Positions 20,995 through 35,300 of a stretch of DNA of 44,017 nt are shown piece by piece. The stretch comes from Malacoraja senta (Eukaryota), in contig JAXLNO010000034.1 in NCBI GenBank assembly GCA_038087875.1, positions 1 through 44,017 on the forward strand. The letters are read 5' to 3'. Below the pieces are notes generated by a model. It was given only the letters and a program-made list of their open reading frames with translations. It ran no database searches and was not told the DNA's origin. Position numbers and translations under genes: made by a program. Positions within the stretch are counted from its first letter, which is position 1, and each line of letters begins with the position of its first letter.

Positions 20995-22692
20995 TGAGAA
21001 GGCACAAGCAAAAGGCCATCAAAAAGGCCAAAAGGGACCTGCTCTAAGCTGGAGGATGGGGTGGATGTTCGACAACTGTGGCTTGAATGCCATCACCTCC
21101 TACAAGGCGAAATCAGGAGGCAGCTCAAACGACAGTGAAGCATCACTCCATGAAGAGCTCAATGCGTTCTATGCGCGCTTTGATAGGGAGAACACTGATA
21201 TGCCTTCCTGAGCCCCCAAACGCCCCGATGGTCACAGTCACAGTCACAGAGGCTGGCGTTAGCAGATCCTTCAGGGGGGTGAACCCTCGGAAAGCGCCTG
21301 GACCTGATGGTATACCCAGTCGAGTTCTCAAAATCTGTGCAGACCAACTGGCTGGAATTTTTGCGGAAATTTTCAACCTCTCACCACTGAGGTCTGAGGT
21401 TCCCACCTGCTTTAAGACGGCATCAATAATACCAGTGCCCAAGAAGAGCAAGGTGACGTGCCTCAACGACCACCGACCAGTGGCACTAATGTCCATGGTG
21501 ATGAAGTGCTTTGAGAGGTTGCTTATGGAGCATATCAACTCCTACCTCGATAAGAACCTCGACCCACTACAGTTAGCCTACCGTCATAACAGGTCAATGG
21601 AGGATGCGATCTCACTGGCTCTCCACTCCGCACTAGACCACTTGGACAATAAAAACACTTACGTCAGGCTGTTGTTTATGGACTACAGCTCAGCGTTCAA
21701 TACCATCATCTCCTCCAAGCTGATTACCAAGCTCACGGGCCTCTGCGCATCCCTCTGCAGTTGGGTCCTCGACTTCCTCATTCACAGACCACAGTCTGTT
21801 CGAATTGGCGGAAATACTTCATCCTCCGTAACAATCAGTATGGGAGCACCTCAAGGCTGTGTGCTCAGCCCCCTGCTCTACTCACTCGATACGCATGACT
21901 GCGCAACCGGAAATAAGTCAAGTTCGCCGACGACACCACCGTTGTTGGACGAATTACAGATGGTGATGAGTCAGAGTATAGAAGTGAGATCGACCGATTG
22001 ACCAAATGGTGCCAGCATAACATTGGCTCTCAATATTAGTAAAACCAAGGAAGTGATTGTGGACTTTGGAAGAGGAATGATGAGGACCCACAATTCTGTT
22101 TATATCAATGGGACGATGGTGGAGAGAGTCAAAAACTTCAAATTCCTGGGCACACTGATGCAATTATAAAGCTAGCACATCAGCGCCTCTACTTCCTGAG
22201 AAGATTACGGAGATTCGGTATGTCACAGAGGATTCTCCTGAACTTCTACAGGTGTACAGTAGAGAGCATATTGACTGGTTGCATCCTGGCCTGGTTCGGC
22301 AACTTGAACGTCCAGGAGCGGAAAAGACTGCAAAAAGTTGTGACCACTGCCCAGTCCATCACTAGCTCTGACTTGCCCACCATTGAAGGGATTCATCGGA
22401 GACCCACACCATCCTGGCCACACACTCATTTCACCACTGCCATCGGGAAGAAGGTACAGGTACAAGAGTCTGAAAACTGTAACTTCCAGGTTCAGGAACA
22501 GCTTCTTCCCTTCAGCCATCAGGCTATTAAACACAACAACAAATAAGCTCTGAACTACATCAGAATACTATTATTATTGCACTATAATTGTTTGTTTTTT
22601 GAGTATGTGTGTAGGTGTATATATACACTGAACTTTTTTTCTCTCTCGTTAATGTACTATGTTTACATATTCTGTTGTGCTGCAGCAAGTAG
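20995..22692 (+). mobile_element. Rex1/Babar LINE, degenerate RT region and 3' UTR
   Basis: RKAPGPDGIPSRVLKICADQL, IIPVPKKSKVTCLNDHRPVAL, DPLQLAYR, DYSSAFNTI, GAPQGCVLSPLLYSL and FYRCTVESILT motifs; frameshifted. Confidence 0.92.
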
Positions 22693-24646
22693 TATTTTTT
22701 TTATTTTTTTATTTTAATTTTTTATTTTATTTATTAGAAGTACATTAAATTACAAACAATTACATTAGTACTCATCACATATATCTTATTACAATTAATG
22801 TACTCCTTCATTTTTTAAAGCTAATAAAAAGAAAAGGTTGAAATTAAGAAGAAAGAGAAAGTGAAGGAAAATAGTGACAGTGTAAAAGCGTGTCAACAGG
22901 AAAGAACCAAGACCCTGTAGAAGAGAAATTAGAGAGAAAAGATTAAGAGATAGACCCTAAAGAAGAAGAAAAGAGAAAGAAGGGAAGAGAGAAAAAGAAG
23001 TACTCTATTATGAGCATCACGCAAAAGGGATATACCAACTCGCCACCTTTCATCCCCCTTTACCAAGTCCTGACATCGGTACCTTTTTAAAGTACTTTTG
23101 CACCTTATGCTTGTAATAGTTCTATAAATGAAGACCACATCAGATGGAAGTGATCTAATTTGCCTGCCAGGAGGAGTCTTATCTCTTCCAGGTGTAATGT
23201 TTCAAACATGTTTGAAATCCACATGTTTATAGTTGGTATTGGAGCATTTTTCCAAAATTTTAGGATAAGCTTTTTTCCAGTTATTAACCCGTAATCAAAT
23301 AGGTTCTTTTGAAACACATTTAGTTCAGGGCTATCTTCCGTTGTTCCAAAGATAATCCATTCTGCTTTTGGTGTCAGTTTTATTTTAAATAATTTTGTAA
23401 AGATTTCAAAAATTTAAATCCAAAATTTTTGAATTTTTTTACAAAAAACAAATGAGTGCTTCTTGAGACTGACATTTATCGCAAATAGGTGATACATTGG
23501 GGAAAATTTTACTAATTTTGGTTTTTGAATAATATAATCTGTGTAAAATTTTGAATTGTATTAAAGTGTGTCTTACATTCATCAAGCATTTATGCACATT
23601 TAATAAATGTTCATTCCACCTCTCCTTTGAAATTTTAATAGCTAATTCTTGTTCCCAGTCTCTTCTAATACCTTCCGTAGTTGGTATTTCTACATTTAAG
23701 ATAATATTATACAAATAAGATATTAAGTTTGCTGATTCAGCTTTTATCTGCATTGCTTCGTCCATTACATCTGGTAGCATGTTATAATAATCTTTTGTAT
23801 ATTTTTTCAGATAATCACATATTTGAAAATATTTAAAGTATTGATTGTTTCCCAGATTATATTTTATTTGTAATTGTTGGAATGATAGTAATTTTCCAGT
23901 GTCCTACAAGTCTCCGAGCATTTTAATTCCTAATCTTTCCCATAGTATAAATGATTTGTCTATAATGGAGGGTTTAAACGAAGGGTTATTAACTATTGGG
24001 GATAAAAGCGATAGATTTCTTAATTTTAAATTTTGTTTTATTTGTTTCCAAGTTCTAATTGTACTATGTATAATTGGGTTTTTGTTATAATTTATATTAT
24101 TCAGTTTCATTGGTCAGAGGAGGATCGCTCCAATATTACAAGAGGAGCAGTCTTCTCTCTCCATTATAATCCAGTTCACCTGCTGGGCAGAGTTGTCCAT
24201 CAGTTGAATCATATTTTTAATATTTGCTGACTAATAATAGTACATAAAGTTAGGGAGTGCTAAGCCCCCTAATACTTTAGGTTTGTTCAAATGTGTTCTT
24301 TGTATTCTATGGGATTTATAATCCCATATAAAATTTGTAATGTCTGAATCCAATTGAAAAAAAAAACTTTTTGGTAAATATATAGGAATTGATTGAAATA
24401 GGTATAGAATTTGTGGTAAAAAGATCATTTTTATTGCATTTATTCGGCCTATTAAAGACATCGGAAGCGTTTTCCAGAATTGAATTAATGTATTTAATTT
24501 ATTAAGTAGAGGATTATAATTTGCTTTCAACATGCCTTGATATGTTCTGGTAATTTCAATACCCAAGTATTTAAATTTTTCTGTAGCTATTTTAAAAGGG
24601 AATTTTAAGAGATGCAAGTAGGAATTTAGTTGTTCTTTGTGGGACA
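22693..24646 (-). mobile_element. L1-clade LINE, 3' part of ORF2 (degenerate), 3' UTR and A-rich tail
   Basis: FKYLGIEI, LPMSLIGRINAIKMIFLPQILYLFQSIP, GGLALPNF, QFKILHRLY and the CDKC zinc-knuckle remnant; T-rich tail on the + strand at 22693-22735. Confidence 0.92.
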
Positions 24647-25170
24647 TCTATATAATTAAAAGTCTCATCTTGACCACTTCCTGTTTGTGCTGTTGTTTGA
24701 TTTTAGAAAAAACGCTACCATATATTGCTGTGATTTTTGGCCATCATGCTCAGTCCTCCTCCGATGATCAGGCCCTGAGGATTTTTCCCATCGATGTAAA
24801 ATAAAAGAGTTATTAGTGTTAAAAAAATCTTGAGATTCTCTCCTGTCAATCACCGCGATGAAGGCCACGCCCCTTCTGGGGGAGGGAGGGACTATAAAAC
24901 CCGGAAGTCTGGACATGGCTCAGTCGCTGCAAGATGGCATGGGAGAGGCCACGACTCACAGTCTGAGCTGGGAATCTACAAAACACTGAGTGTCTACTGA
25001 ACTGTGAGTGCCCTTTATTTGGTTTTATGTGGTCTGGAAACCAGTCCCTTCGGCCCACAACACCCATACTAGCACTCCAGAAAGTCCCCCCCCCCCCACC
25101 CCCACTGGCCAGCAATATTGGAATTGGTGGAGAGGTGGAATATTGCGTGGGGGGGCAGCCCTCCCGTGTG
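24647..25170 (+). mobile_element. Non-autonomous Helitron-like element C, 3' end not seen
   Basis: A|TCTATATAATTAAAAGTCTCATCTTGACCACTTCCTGTTTG is homologous to the 5' end of element A (TAACTAAAACTCTGATCTTGTTATCTTCCGGTTTG). No hairpin plus CTAG|T was found, so the right boundary is approximate. Confidence 0.6.
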
Positions 25171-27863
25171 AAGGTACCAAGCACAGAGCTCTTCCTCATT
25201 CTACCCACCCCAAGTCACAACCAAATGTGTTCCAAATTCATCTTAAGCAACTAGACACATTCCACTTTGAAATGCATGGCAAAACAAATTGCATATGGGC
25301 AATATATTTTGGGGAAAGTGTTAGAGAAAATTGTGCTTTAAACAATCTTCTAAATTGGTCAATGACATAAACGTCAGCTTGATAACTTGCATCTTTCAAT
25401 TTCATGATACGTGCAATATTTTGTTTCCCTCAAAGCTTCAAATCATTTGCTGAATTACAGCAATCAGCAAGGTGCTGTCAGGTTTAGATGAGGCATTTCA
25501 ATAAGAATCATAAATGAAATTCTATGCTCTGTGGCAGCAAAGAAAAAAACTTTTTGAAAATGCGGTGAATCTGAACCATCTATTTTCATGTTAAAGTGGT
25601 TGCGACTGCTTCATTGGTAGTGGGTTTAAACAGAAAGGACCTATTTTTCAGCCTAGATACCTCTGTTATAAATATCTCAATAAAACCTGAAATGCAAAGG
25701 GCCTTTGGCATAATGTGGCACTCCATTATCAAGACAAAATATACTTTCATACTCTGAGGATAAATTTGTGTGACTAAATTTCTCAAGATTCTCATATGTT
25801 AATCAGATCATTAAAACGTCAAAGAATTAATGGATTAAATCACAATTAATATACATAAAACAATGCTTTATGGTATTTCCCAAAATATGTGGCCTATGAA
25901 CACTAAGAAAGCATGCCAATTTTGTTTTTGCACACCATTTAATTCACAATCCAAATAATACATATAAAATACACTAAGGATAATTATAGCATGGGACAGA
26001 GTACATGCAGTTTAAAATTATTTCACATACATCAGATGTTCTAAATTTATTGTATGTAGCAACATGTCCAACAAGTCCATTTCATGAATAAAAAGTTAGG
26101 GATTAAAATTAAAGTTTGCAGCAGAAACAGAAACAGGCAGTAGTTTGACACATTTAAAATATAGAATTGTCTCACCATTATGAAGGAAAGTAAAAATATA
26201 TGACTACAATTATATCAATATGTATGTTTGCAGCACATTTAAACCAAATGAAAAATCCCATGCCTTGGATATACATTGGTGTTTACACTGGAGTGCAGGT
26301 GAACTACAGCAATATAAAATGCTGTAAATGGAAGTAATTGGCTGACTGAAACATAACTTAATCCGTCAGTGTGTTGCTAAATATATTAGAATCAGATGTA
26401 ATGGATCAATGATCATTATTTTAGTGATACATTCATTATTGTGAAATATGTTTAAAATAGGCTTCAGAAAATCACAAAATTGTGATTCTTGGAGACTATT
26501 GTACAACACAGATTATTTTTTATCACATTAAGTAGTAATATTTCCTTTCACAGCTCATCACCTGGTTTAAAATGTACACCAATTCAGGTTAGCATGAAAC
26601 TTCTACAGCTTCACTTCAAACTTTTGCCCAGGTGACTGAGTGTGAAGTTAATTCCAAGTCTATGACAAGAATAAATGAGTTTAGTAGAAAGATTCCAGTG
26701 AACTACACATATTTTTATGCATAGACAGGCCACCGTCAAGCACATGTGTCACCAAAAATTAACTAAGTGGAGAGAAAGTGGATTCAGTACTGCTTACCAT
26801 GAAACTCCCACTTTGTAAGTGAACACAATTGATATATTAATGTAAAAGAGAAAATGTTTTTCTTAGTTTGTCTATATGTGCCTCCATTCCTACAGCAATT
26901 CAGTTGAATCTTATCTGTCCACTGAAATCGTTATTATTTTTAAAACCTGGAACAAATATAACTAGAAATGGAAATAAAAGTCTGGCAAAAGAGGAGGGCA
27001 CTTGGGTTCCCACATGCAGCACCAAATGCTGTGGTCCAGGCGACCCGAAGGAGAAAATAGATCCCTTTCCTCCTGAAAGACAGAAAGCCCAACAGCCAAC
27101 ACCTCCACTGAAGGCAGAGGAAGTCATGAAGGAAAATTAATGTCAGGTGGACTTGATTACAACACTGAAAAACTATTTTATAGGTTCAATAACCATGCAA
27201 ACCTCTTACATAAATTACTCTTACCTCCAACCATACAACTAACACCATCTTTCTTCCTAGATATATAATTTGGACTAATATTAAACACAAAACAGGCCAT
27301 AATGCTAGCTTTGCCTATGCTGTCCATGAACAAATAAATCAAAAAAAATTCAAAATACGGGAGTCACATAGCACGTAGTATCTGAACAAAAATAAAGGAA
27401 TCTAGAATTTCCAAGAGCAGCTTATCTCTAATGGCCCACAGCTTATCTACATTTCCTCCAATTTCCTGAAACTGTAATGATTTCTTCACTCTGATTGTTC
27501 AAGGCAATCCTTAAAATCTCATGTGGTTTCTCTACTAACATCGTATCAATCACAAAGTCATCCTTGATCACTTCTTTATCTTTATATTCATGTTACTTCA
27601 TCATCAAACAGTCTTTCATTAATACCCATTGAGTTAGCCTTTGAGCCTCCATTCAACATGATGTTTCATAGCTGCTGGTCTGCTCAAATATGCTTCCAAC
27701 TTTGCCTTGTATGTCCTTTGAAATACTACTCCCACTCAGTCAGTCAGTACTTTCATCTACATTTCCATACGATCAGGCAATACAACTTCAAAATGTCATC
27801 AAACAAATGTTTTAGGTATTCACCGACATATCCAACACAAATGGATTATTTGAACAGCTTGCA

Positions 27864-30248
27864 TTGGAGCCTACCAGGAAGAAGGCAATTCTGGATTTAG
27901 TGCTATGTAATGAACCAGATTTGATAAAGAACCTCGAGGTTAATGAGCCATTAGGAGGCAGTGACCATAACATGGTCAGGTTTAATCTACAATTGGAAAG
28001 GGAGAAGAGTAGATCGGAGGTGTCGGTGTTGCAGTTGAATAAAGGGGACTATGGGGCCATGAGTGAGGAGCTGGCCAAAGTTGAATGGAAAGATACACTA
28101 GCAGGGATGACAGTGGAACAAAAATGGCAGGTGTTTCTAGGAATAATACAGAAGGTGCAGGATCAGTTCATTCCTAAGAGGTAGAAAGATTCCAAGGGGA
28201 GAAAGGGACGACCAGGGCTGACAAAGGACGTCAGGGACAGTATAAAAATTAAAGCGAAGAAGTACAACATAACAAAGATGAGCGGGAAGCAAGATGATTG
28301 GGTAATGTTTAAAGAACAACAGAAGATAACCAAAAAGACAATATGGGGAGAAAAGATGAGGTACGAAGGTAAGCTAGCCAAGAATATAAAGCAGGATAGT
28401 AAAAGCTTCTTTAGGTATGTGAAGAGGAAAAAATTAGTTAAGACCAAAGTTGGACCCTTGAAGACCGAAAAAGGTGAATTTATTATGGGGAGCAAGGAAA
28501 TGGCAGATGAGTTGAACAGATACTTTGGATCTGTCTTCACTAAGGAGGACACAAACAATCTTCCTGATATAGTAGTGGCCAGAGGATCTGGGGTGACGGA
28601 GGAACTGAAGGAAATCCACATTAGGCAGGAAATGGTGTTGGATAGACTGATGGGACTGAAGGCTGATAAATCCTCAGGGCCTGATGGTCTGCATCCCAGG
28701 GTACTTAAGGAAGTGGCTCTAGAAATAGTGGATGCATTGGTGATAATTTTCCAATGTTCTATAGACAGGATCAGTTCCTGTGGATTGGAGGGTAGCTAAT
28801 GTTATCCCACTTTTTAAGAAAGGCAGGAGAGAGAAAACGGGGAATGATAGACCAGTTAGCCTGACATCGGTGGTGGGGAAGATGCTGGAGTAAATTATAA
28901 AAGATGATATAGTCGCACATTTGGATAGCAGTAACAGGATCGGTCCGAGTCAGCATGGATTTACAAAGGGGAAATCATGCTTGACTAATCTTCTGGAATT
29001 TTTTGAAGATGTAACTAGGAAAATGGACAAGGGAGAGCCAGTGGATGTAGTGTACCTGGACTTTCAGAAAGCATTTGATAAGGTCCCACACAGGAGATTA
29101 GTGGGCAAAATTAGGGCACATGGTATTGGGGGTAGAGTGCTGACAGGGATAGAGAAGTGGTTGGCAGACAGGAAACAAAGAGTAGGGATTAACGGGTCCC
29201 TTTCAGAATGGCAGGCAGTGACTAGTCGGGTACCGCAAGGCTCAATGCTGGGACCGCAGCTATTTGCAATATACATCAATGATTTGGATGAAGGGATTCA
29301 AGGTAACATTAGCAAATTTGCAGATGACACAAAGCTGGGTGGCATTGTGAACTGTGAGGAGGATGCTATGAGAATGCAGGGTGACTTGGACAGGTTGGGG
29401 GAGTGGGCAGATGCATGGCAGATGAAGTTTAATGCGGGTAAATGTGAGGTTATCCACTTTGGTAGCAAAAACAGGAAGGCAGATTACTATCTAAATACCG
29501 TGAAGTTGGGAAAAGGGGAAGTACAACGGGATCTGGGGGTCCTTCTACATCAGTCTATGAAAGTAAGCATGCAGGTACAGCAGGCAGTGAAGAACCCGAA
29601 TGGCATGTTGGCCTTTATAACAAGAGGAATCGAATATAGGAGCAAAGAGGTCCTTCTGCAGTTGTACAGAGCCCTAGTGAGACCACACCTGGAGTATTGT
29701 GTGCAGTTTTGGTCCCCTAATTTGAGGAAGGACATTCTTGCTATTGAGGGAGTGCAGCTTAGGTTTACAAGGTTAATTCCCGGGATGGCGGGACTGTCAT
29801 ATGCTGCGAGAATGGAGCAGCTGGGCTTGTATACTCTGGAGTTTAGAAGGATGAGAGGGTAGCTCATTGAAACATATAAGATTGTTAAGGGCTTGGACAC
29901 GCTAGAGGCAGGAAACATGTTCCCGATGTTGGGGGAGTCCAGAACCAGGGGCCACAGTTTAAGAATTAGGAGTAGGCCATTTAGAACGGAGATGAGGAAA
30001 CACTTTTTCTCACAGAGATTGGTGAGTCTGTGGAATTCTCTGCCTCAGAGGGTGGTGGAGGCAGGTTCTCTGGATTCTTTCAAGACAGAACTAGATAGGG
30101 CTCTTAAAAATAACGGAGTCAGGGGATATGGGGAGAAGGCAGGAACGGGGTACTGATTGGGGATGATCAGCCATGATCAGACTGAATGGCAGTGCTGGCT
30201 CGAAAGGCCAAATGGCCTACTCCTGCACCTATTGTCTATTGTCTATTG
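27864..30248 (+). mobile_element. CR1 LINE ORF2 (end of endonuclease through RT) and 3' UTR, 5'-truncated, with stops and a frameshift
   Basis: EPTR..AILDLVL, PLGGSDHN, GPDGLHPRVLKE, YLDFQKAFDKVPH and FADDTKL motifs; (CTATTGT)n tail. Confidence 0.96.
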
Positions 30249-31596
30249 TTGATTCCAAAATTGCTTACAATTCCAGGATCATCCTGTTAAGCAAACATAA
30301 CTCTTTGGCTACTGTAAACCCATTACATTGCCTCCTCAATCTTCACTTCCAACAACGATGCAAAGATTAATGCCAAAACTGACACCATCCATTGCTCTTC
30401 ATCTGAGGCTCAACAAAATGTTTTCCAGATTTTGCATTGCAATTCCATTGAGGTGGACTTCTGAGCCCATATCTTCCCCCATCTGAAAGACTGCCTATTT
30501 CCACAGCTGCTAAAATCATAATTCTTATTTTTGTTATCTTCAGTCACAATTCTTCCAAATTCCCACTGACATACTTTCCACTTTAGATGCTCACCAAACT
30601 TGAGCTAATCTAAACATTTCCAGACACAGTTCTTTGATCATTTACCTGTCACCCCTGATTTCAGGGAATAACAATCTCATTCAGGGAAAAAAAGGCTTAT
30701 TTTTTGCTTTCAAATCCAACAGAAATCTTTACCTTTTCACCCTTTTAACTTCCTTTCACTAAAATATTTTACATTTCTCCTATTGTGGGTCTTTCCACAT
30801 TTCTGACTTTAACTGCTCCACCATTGGTACCTTTTAGTTTCAAGGATTCTCACCTCACGAATCACCCCTCGAAAACCCAAAGTGTTCTAATGTGTTCATA
30901 TGTAGACTGTTATCACACAAGTACTTATGTGATGTACTTGCTGTTTCTTAAGTTCTCTCGTTTTTCAATATTCTGTTAGCTTGCTATGGAATTACTATTA
31001 TTCATACTAAACATCAACCATTCCTTCTCTCCGGAGATGCTGCTTGTCCCGCTGAATTACTTCAGCATTTTGTGTCTATCTTCAGTATGAACATACTCCC
31101 TACCACTCCTCCCATTCCCCTGTACACTCCACCCTGGTGTGTATACCATCTCCCACCACCCCAGTCACTTGCTCCTTTCCCTTCCTGTAAATTCTTATCT
31201 TCCACATGTACATTCTATCCCCTCCTTCCCCAACAATTGTGGCCTTCCACTCATATCCCTCCCTCTGGCTGTATATTTCACTCTCTATTTTCTTTCTTTA
31301 TCCAACAGTTTCTTCTCCTTTAGCCTTTGTCGCTTACTCTATCCATTTGCCAGTCACCTCCCCCCCATTCATCAGTATCCACCTATTATTTTTAAGGCTT
31401 TGTCCCAGTCCCACATCTTTTCCAGGTTCCTCTTTCCTACTCCAATCAGTCTGAAGAAGGGTCCCAGCCCAAAAGGGTGTCTGTCCATTCCCTCTACAGT
31501 TGCTGCCTGACCCGTTGAATTCCTCCAGATCCTTACTTTAGAGGAAGTCCAAAGTAAAGGTTTGACCCAAAACATCAATTGTCCATTTTCGTCCAT

Positions 31597-31902
31597 AGGG
31601 CGGTCACGGTGGCGCAGAGGTTGAGTTGCTGCCACCGGAGACCCGGGTTTGATCCCGACTACGGATGCTGTCTGCACGGATTTGTACGTTCTCCCCGTAA
31701 CCTGCATGGGTTTTCTCCGAGATCTTCAGTTTCCTCCCACACTCCAAAGACATGCAGGATTGTAGGCTAATTGGCTTGGTAAATGTAAAATTGTCCCTAG
31801 TGGGTGTAGGATAGTGTTAATGTGCTGGGATCGCTGGTCGGCACAGACCCGGTGGGCCGAAGGGCCTGTTTCCGCGCTGTATTTCTAAACTAAACTAAAC
31901 TA
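31597..31902 (+). mobile_element. HE1-like tRNA-derived SINE, full length
   Basis: Head 'ggtcacggtggcgcagaggttgag...cccgggtttgatccc', central 'tttcctcccacactccaaagac' and tail 'gggccgaagggcctgtttccgcgctgtatttc(taaac)n'. Confidence 0.9.
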
Positions 31903-31989
31903 GGAAATGCTCCATTACCACTGATTTCATCAACTGTTTGTGTTTTTGGACAGGATCCAGCATCAGCTGTTTCTTCAGGAGTCTGGTGT

Positions 31990-32315
31990 CAGGTACACAA
32001 ATGATATGGCTTCTCCATCAGAGTCAACTAAATGTATTTAGTACCTCAGTGTTGTTGATGTTGGCTTTGGATGTGATTCTGACATTCATCTGCTTAGCCT
32101 GACAATGGATCTGAATGATTTTGCAGAGACAGCTGTGGTGGAATATCTCCAGTCTTTTGAGATACTTGCTGTAGATGGTCCATGAAATATCATGGACAGT
32201 AGGGATGATTGCTGCCTTGTAGACCATGACCTTTGTGCCAGCTCTGAGATTTTAATCTATCAGCAAACCTTTCCTCAGACAGCCAAGTGTTAATTTCATC
32301 GTCAACATCTGCCCT
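31990..32315 (-). mobile_element. Degraded RTE-clade LINE fragment
   Basis: MVYKAAIIPT...WTIYSKYLKRLEIFHHSCLCKI resembles the RTE ORF C-terminal region. Confidence 0.7.
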
Positions 32316-35300
32316 TAGAAACATAGAAAATAGGTGCAGGAGTAGGCCATTCGGCCCTTCGAGCCTGCACCGCCATTCAATATGATCATGGCTGATCATC
32401 CAACTCAGTATCCTGTACCTGCTTTCTCTCCATACCCCCTGATCCCTTTAGCCACAAGGGCCACATCTAACTCCCTCTTAAATATAGCCAATGAACTGGC
32501 CGAAACTACATTCTGTGGCAGAGAATTCCAGAGATTCACCACTCTCTGTGTAAAAAATGTTTTTCTCATCTCAGTCCTAAAAGATTTCCTCTTTATCCTT
32601 AAATTGTGACCCCTTGTTCTGGACTCCCCCAACATCGGGAACAATCTTCCTGCATCTAGCCTGTCCAACCCCTTCAGAATTTTGTAAGTTTCTATAAGAT
32701 TCCCCCTCAGTCTTCTAAATTCCAGCGAGTACAAGCCGAGTCTATCCAGTCTTTCCTCATATGAAAGTCCTGACATCCCAGGAATCAGTCTAGTGAACCT
32801 TCCCTGTACTCCCTCTATGGCAAGAATGTCCTTCCTCAGATTAGGAGACCAAAACTGGACGCAATACTCCAGGTGTGGTCTCACCAAGACCCTGTACAAC
32901 TGCAGTAGAACCTCCCTGCTCCTATACTCAAATCCTTTTGCTATGAATGCTAACATACCATTCGCTTTCTTCACTGCCTGCTGCACCTGCATGCCCACTT
33001 TCAATGACTGGTGTACCATGACACCCAGGTCTCGTTGCATCTCCCCTTTTCCTAATCGGCCACCATTCAGGTAATAGTCCACTTTCCTGTTTTTGCCACC
33101 AAAGGGGATAACCTCACATTTATACACATTATACTGCATCTGCCATGCATTTGCCCACTCACCCAGCCTATCCAAGTCATCTTGCAGCCTCCTAGCACCC
33201 TCCTCATAGCTAACACTGCCCCCCAGCTTTGTGTCATCCGCTTGTTCTCCCTTATCCACTCTACTAGTTACATCCTCGGAAAATACTATAAGATTCGTCA
33301 GACATGATTTACCTTTCGTAAATCCATACTGACTTTGTCCAATGATTTCACCATTTTCCAAATGTGTTGCTATCCCATCTTTAATAACTCTAGCAGTTTC
33401 CCCACTACCGATGTTAGACTAACTGGTCTGTAATTCCCCGTTTTCTCTCTCTCTCCCTTTTTAAAAAGTGGGGTTACATTAGCTACCCTCCAATCATCAG
33501 GAACTACTCCAGAATCTAAAGAGTTTAAAAAAATTATCACTAATGCATCTACTATTTCTGGGGCTACTTCCTTAAGTACTCTGGGATGCAGCCTATCTGG
33601 CCCAGGGGATTTATCGGCCTTTAATCCATTCAATTTACCTAACACCACTTCTCGGCTAACCTGGATTTCCCTCAGTTCCTCCATCTCATTTGACCCCCGG
33701 TCCACTGCTATTTCCGGCAGATTAATTAAGTCTTCCTTAGTGAAGACAGAACCAAAGTAGTTATTCAATTGGTCTGCCATGTCCTTGTTCCCCATGATCA
33801 GTTCACCTGCTTCTAACTGCAAGGGACCTACATTTGTTTTAACGAATCTTTTTCTCTTGACATATCTATAAAAACTTTTGCAGTCAGTTTTTATGTTCCC
33901 TGCCAGTTTTCTTTCATAATCTATTTTCCCTTTCTTAATTAAACCCTTTGTCCTCCTCTGCTGGACTCAGAATTTCTCCCAGTCCTCTGGTAGACTGCTT
34001 TTTCTGGCTAATTTGTATGCTTCATCTTTTGTTTTGATACTATCCCTGATTTCCCTTGTTATCCACGGATGCACTACCTTCCCTGATTTATTCTTTTGCC
34101 AAACTGGGATGAACAATTGTTGTAGTTCATCCATGCAGCCTTTAAATGCCTTCCATTGCATATCCACCGTCAACCCTTTAGGAATCAATTGCCAGTCTAT
34201 CTTGGCCAATTCACGTCTCATACCCTCAAAGTTACCTTTCTTTAAGTTCAGAACCCTTGTTTCTGAATTAATTATGTCACTCTCCATCCTAATGAAGAAC
34301 TCAACCATATTATGGTCACTCTTGCCCAAGGGGCCACGCACAACAAGCCTGCCGACTAAGGTACACAAAAATGCTGGAGAAACTCAGCGGATGCAGCAGC
34401 ATCTATGGCCGAAACCCTTCTTCAGACTGATAGGGGGTGGGGAGAAGAAAGGAAAAAAGGAAAAAGGCGGAGGAGGAGCCCGAGGGCTGGGGGAGGGGAG
34501 GAGACAACCAGATGGCTGATGAAGGGGAGGGGACAGCAAGGGCTAGCAGAATTGGGAGAATTCAATGTTCAAACCCCCAGGATGTAGACTGCCCAAGCGG
34601 AATATGAGGTGCATTTCCTCCAATTTACGGTGTTGCTCGCTGTGGCCATGGAGAAGACCCAGGACAGAGAGGTCAGATACGGAATGGGAGGGGGAGTTGA
34701 AGTGCTGAGCAACCGGGAGTTCAGGTTGGTTATTGCGGACCGACCGGAGGTGTTCGGCGAAACGATCGCCGCCTTGGTCTCCGCCTGCCCCATCTCTGTA
34801 ATCTCGTCAAGCCTGCTAACTAACCCTTCCTCATTACTCAATACCCAGTGTAGAATAGCCTGCTCTCTCGTTGGTTCCTCTACATGGTGATTTAGAAAAC
34901 TATCCCGCATACATTCCAAGCAATCCTCTTCCTCAGCACCCCTGCCAATTTGATTCACCCAATCTATATGTAGATTGAAGTCACCCATTATAACTGTTTT
35001 ACCTTTGTTGCACGCATTTCTAATTTCCTGTTTGATGCTATCCTCAACTCCACTACTAATGTTAGGTGGCCTGTACACAACTCCCACTAGCGTTTTCTGC
35101 CCCTTAGTGTTTCGCAGCTCTACCCATATCAATTCCACATCCTCCAAGCTAATGTCCTTACTTTCTATTGTGTTAATCTCCTCTCTAGCCAGCAACGCTA
35201 CCCCACCTCCTTTTCCTTTCTGTCTATCCCTCCTGAATATTGAATATCCCTGGATGTTCAGTTCCCAGCCTTGGTCACCCCGGAGCCATGTCTCCGTGAT

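Noticed and set aside
26868..27140. Moderately GC-rich ORF pair with possible splice acceptors
   Set aside because: No convincing donor or homology, and not needed for the RP1 exon chain.
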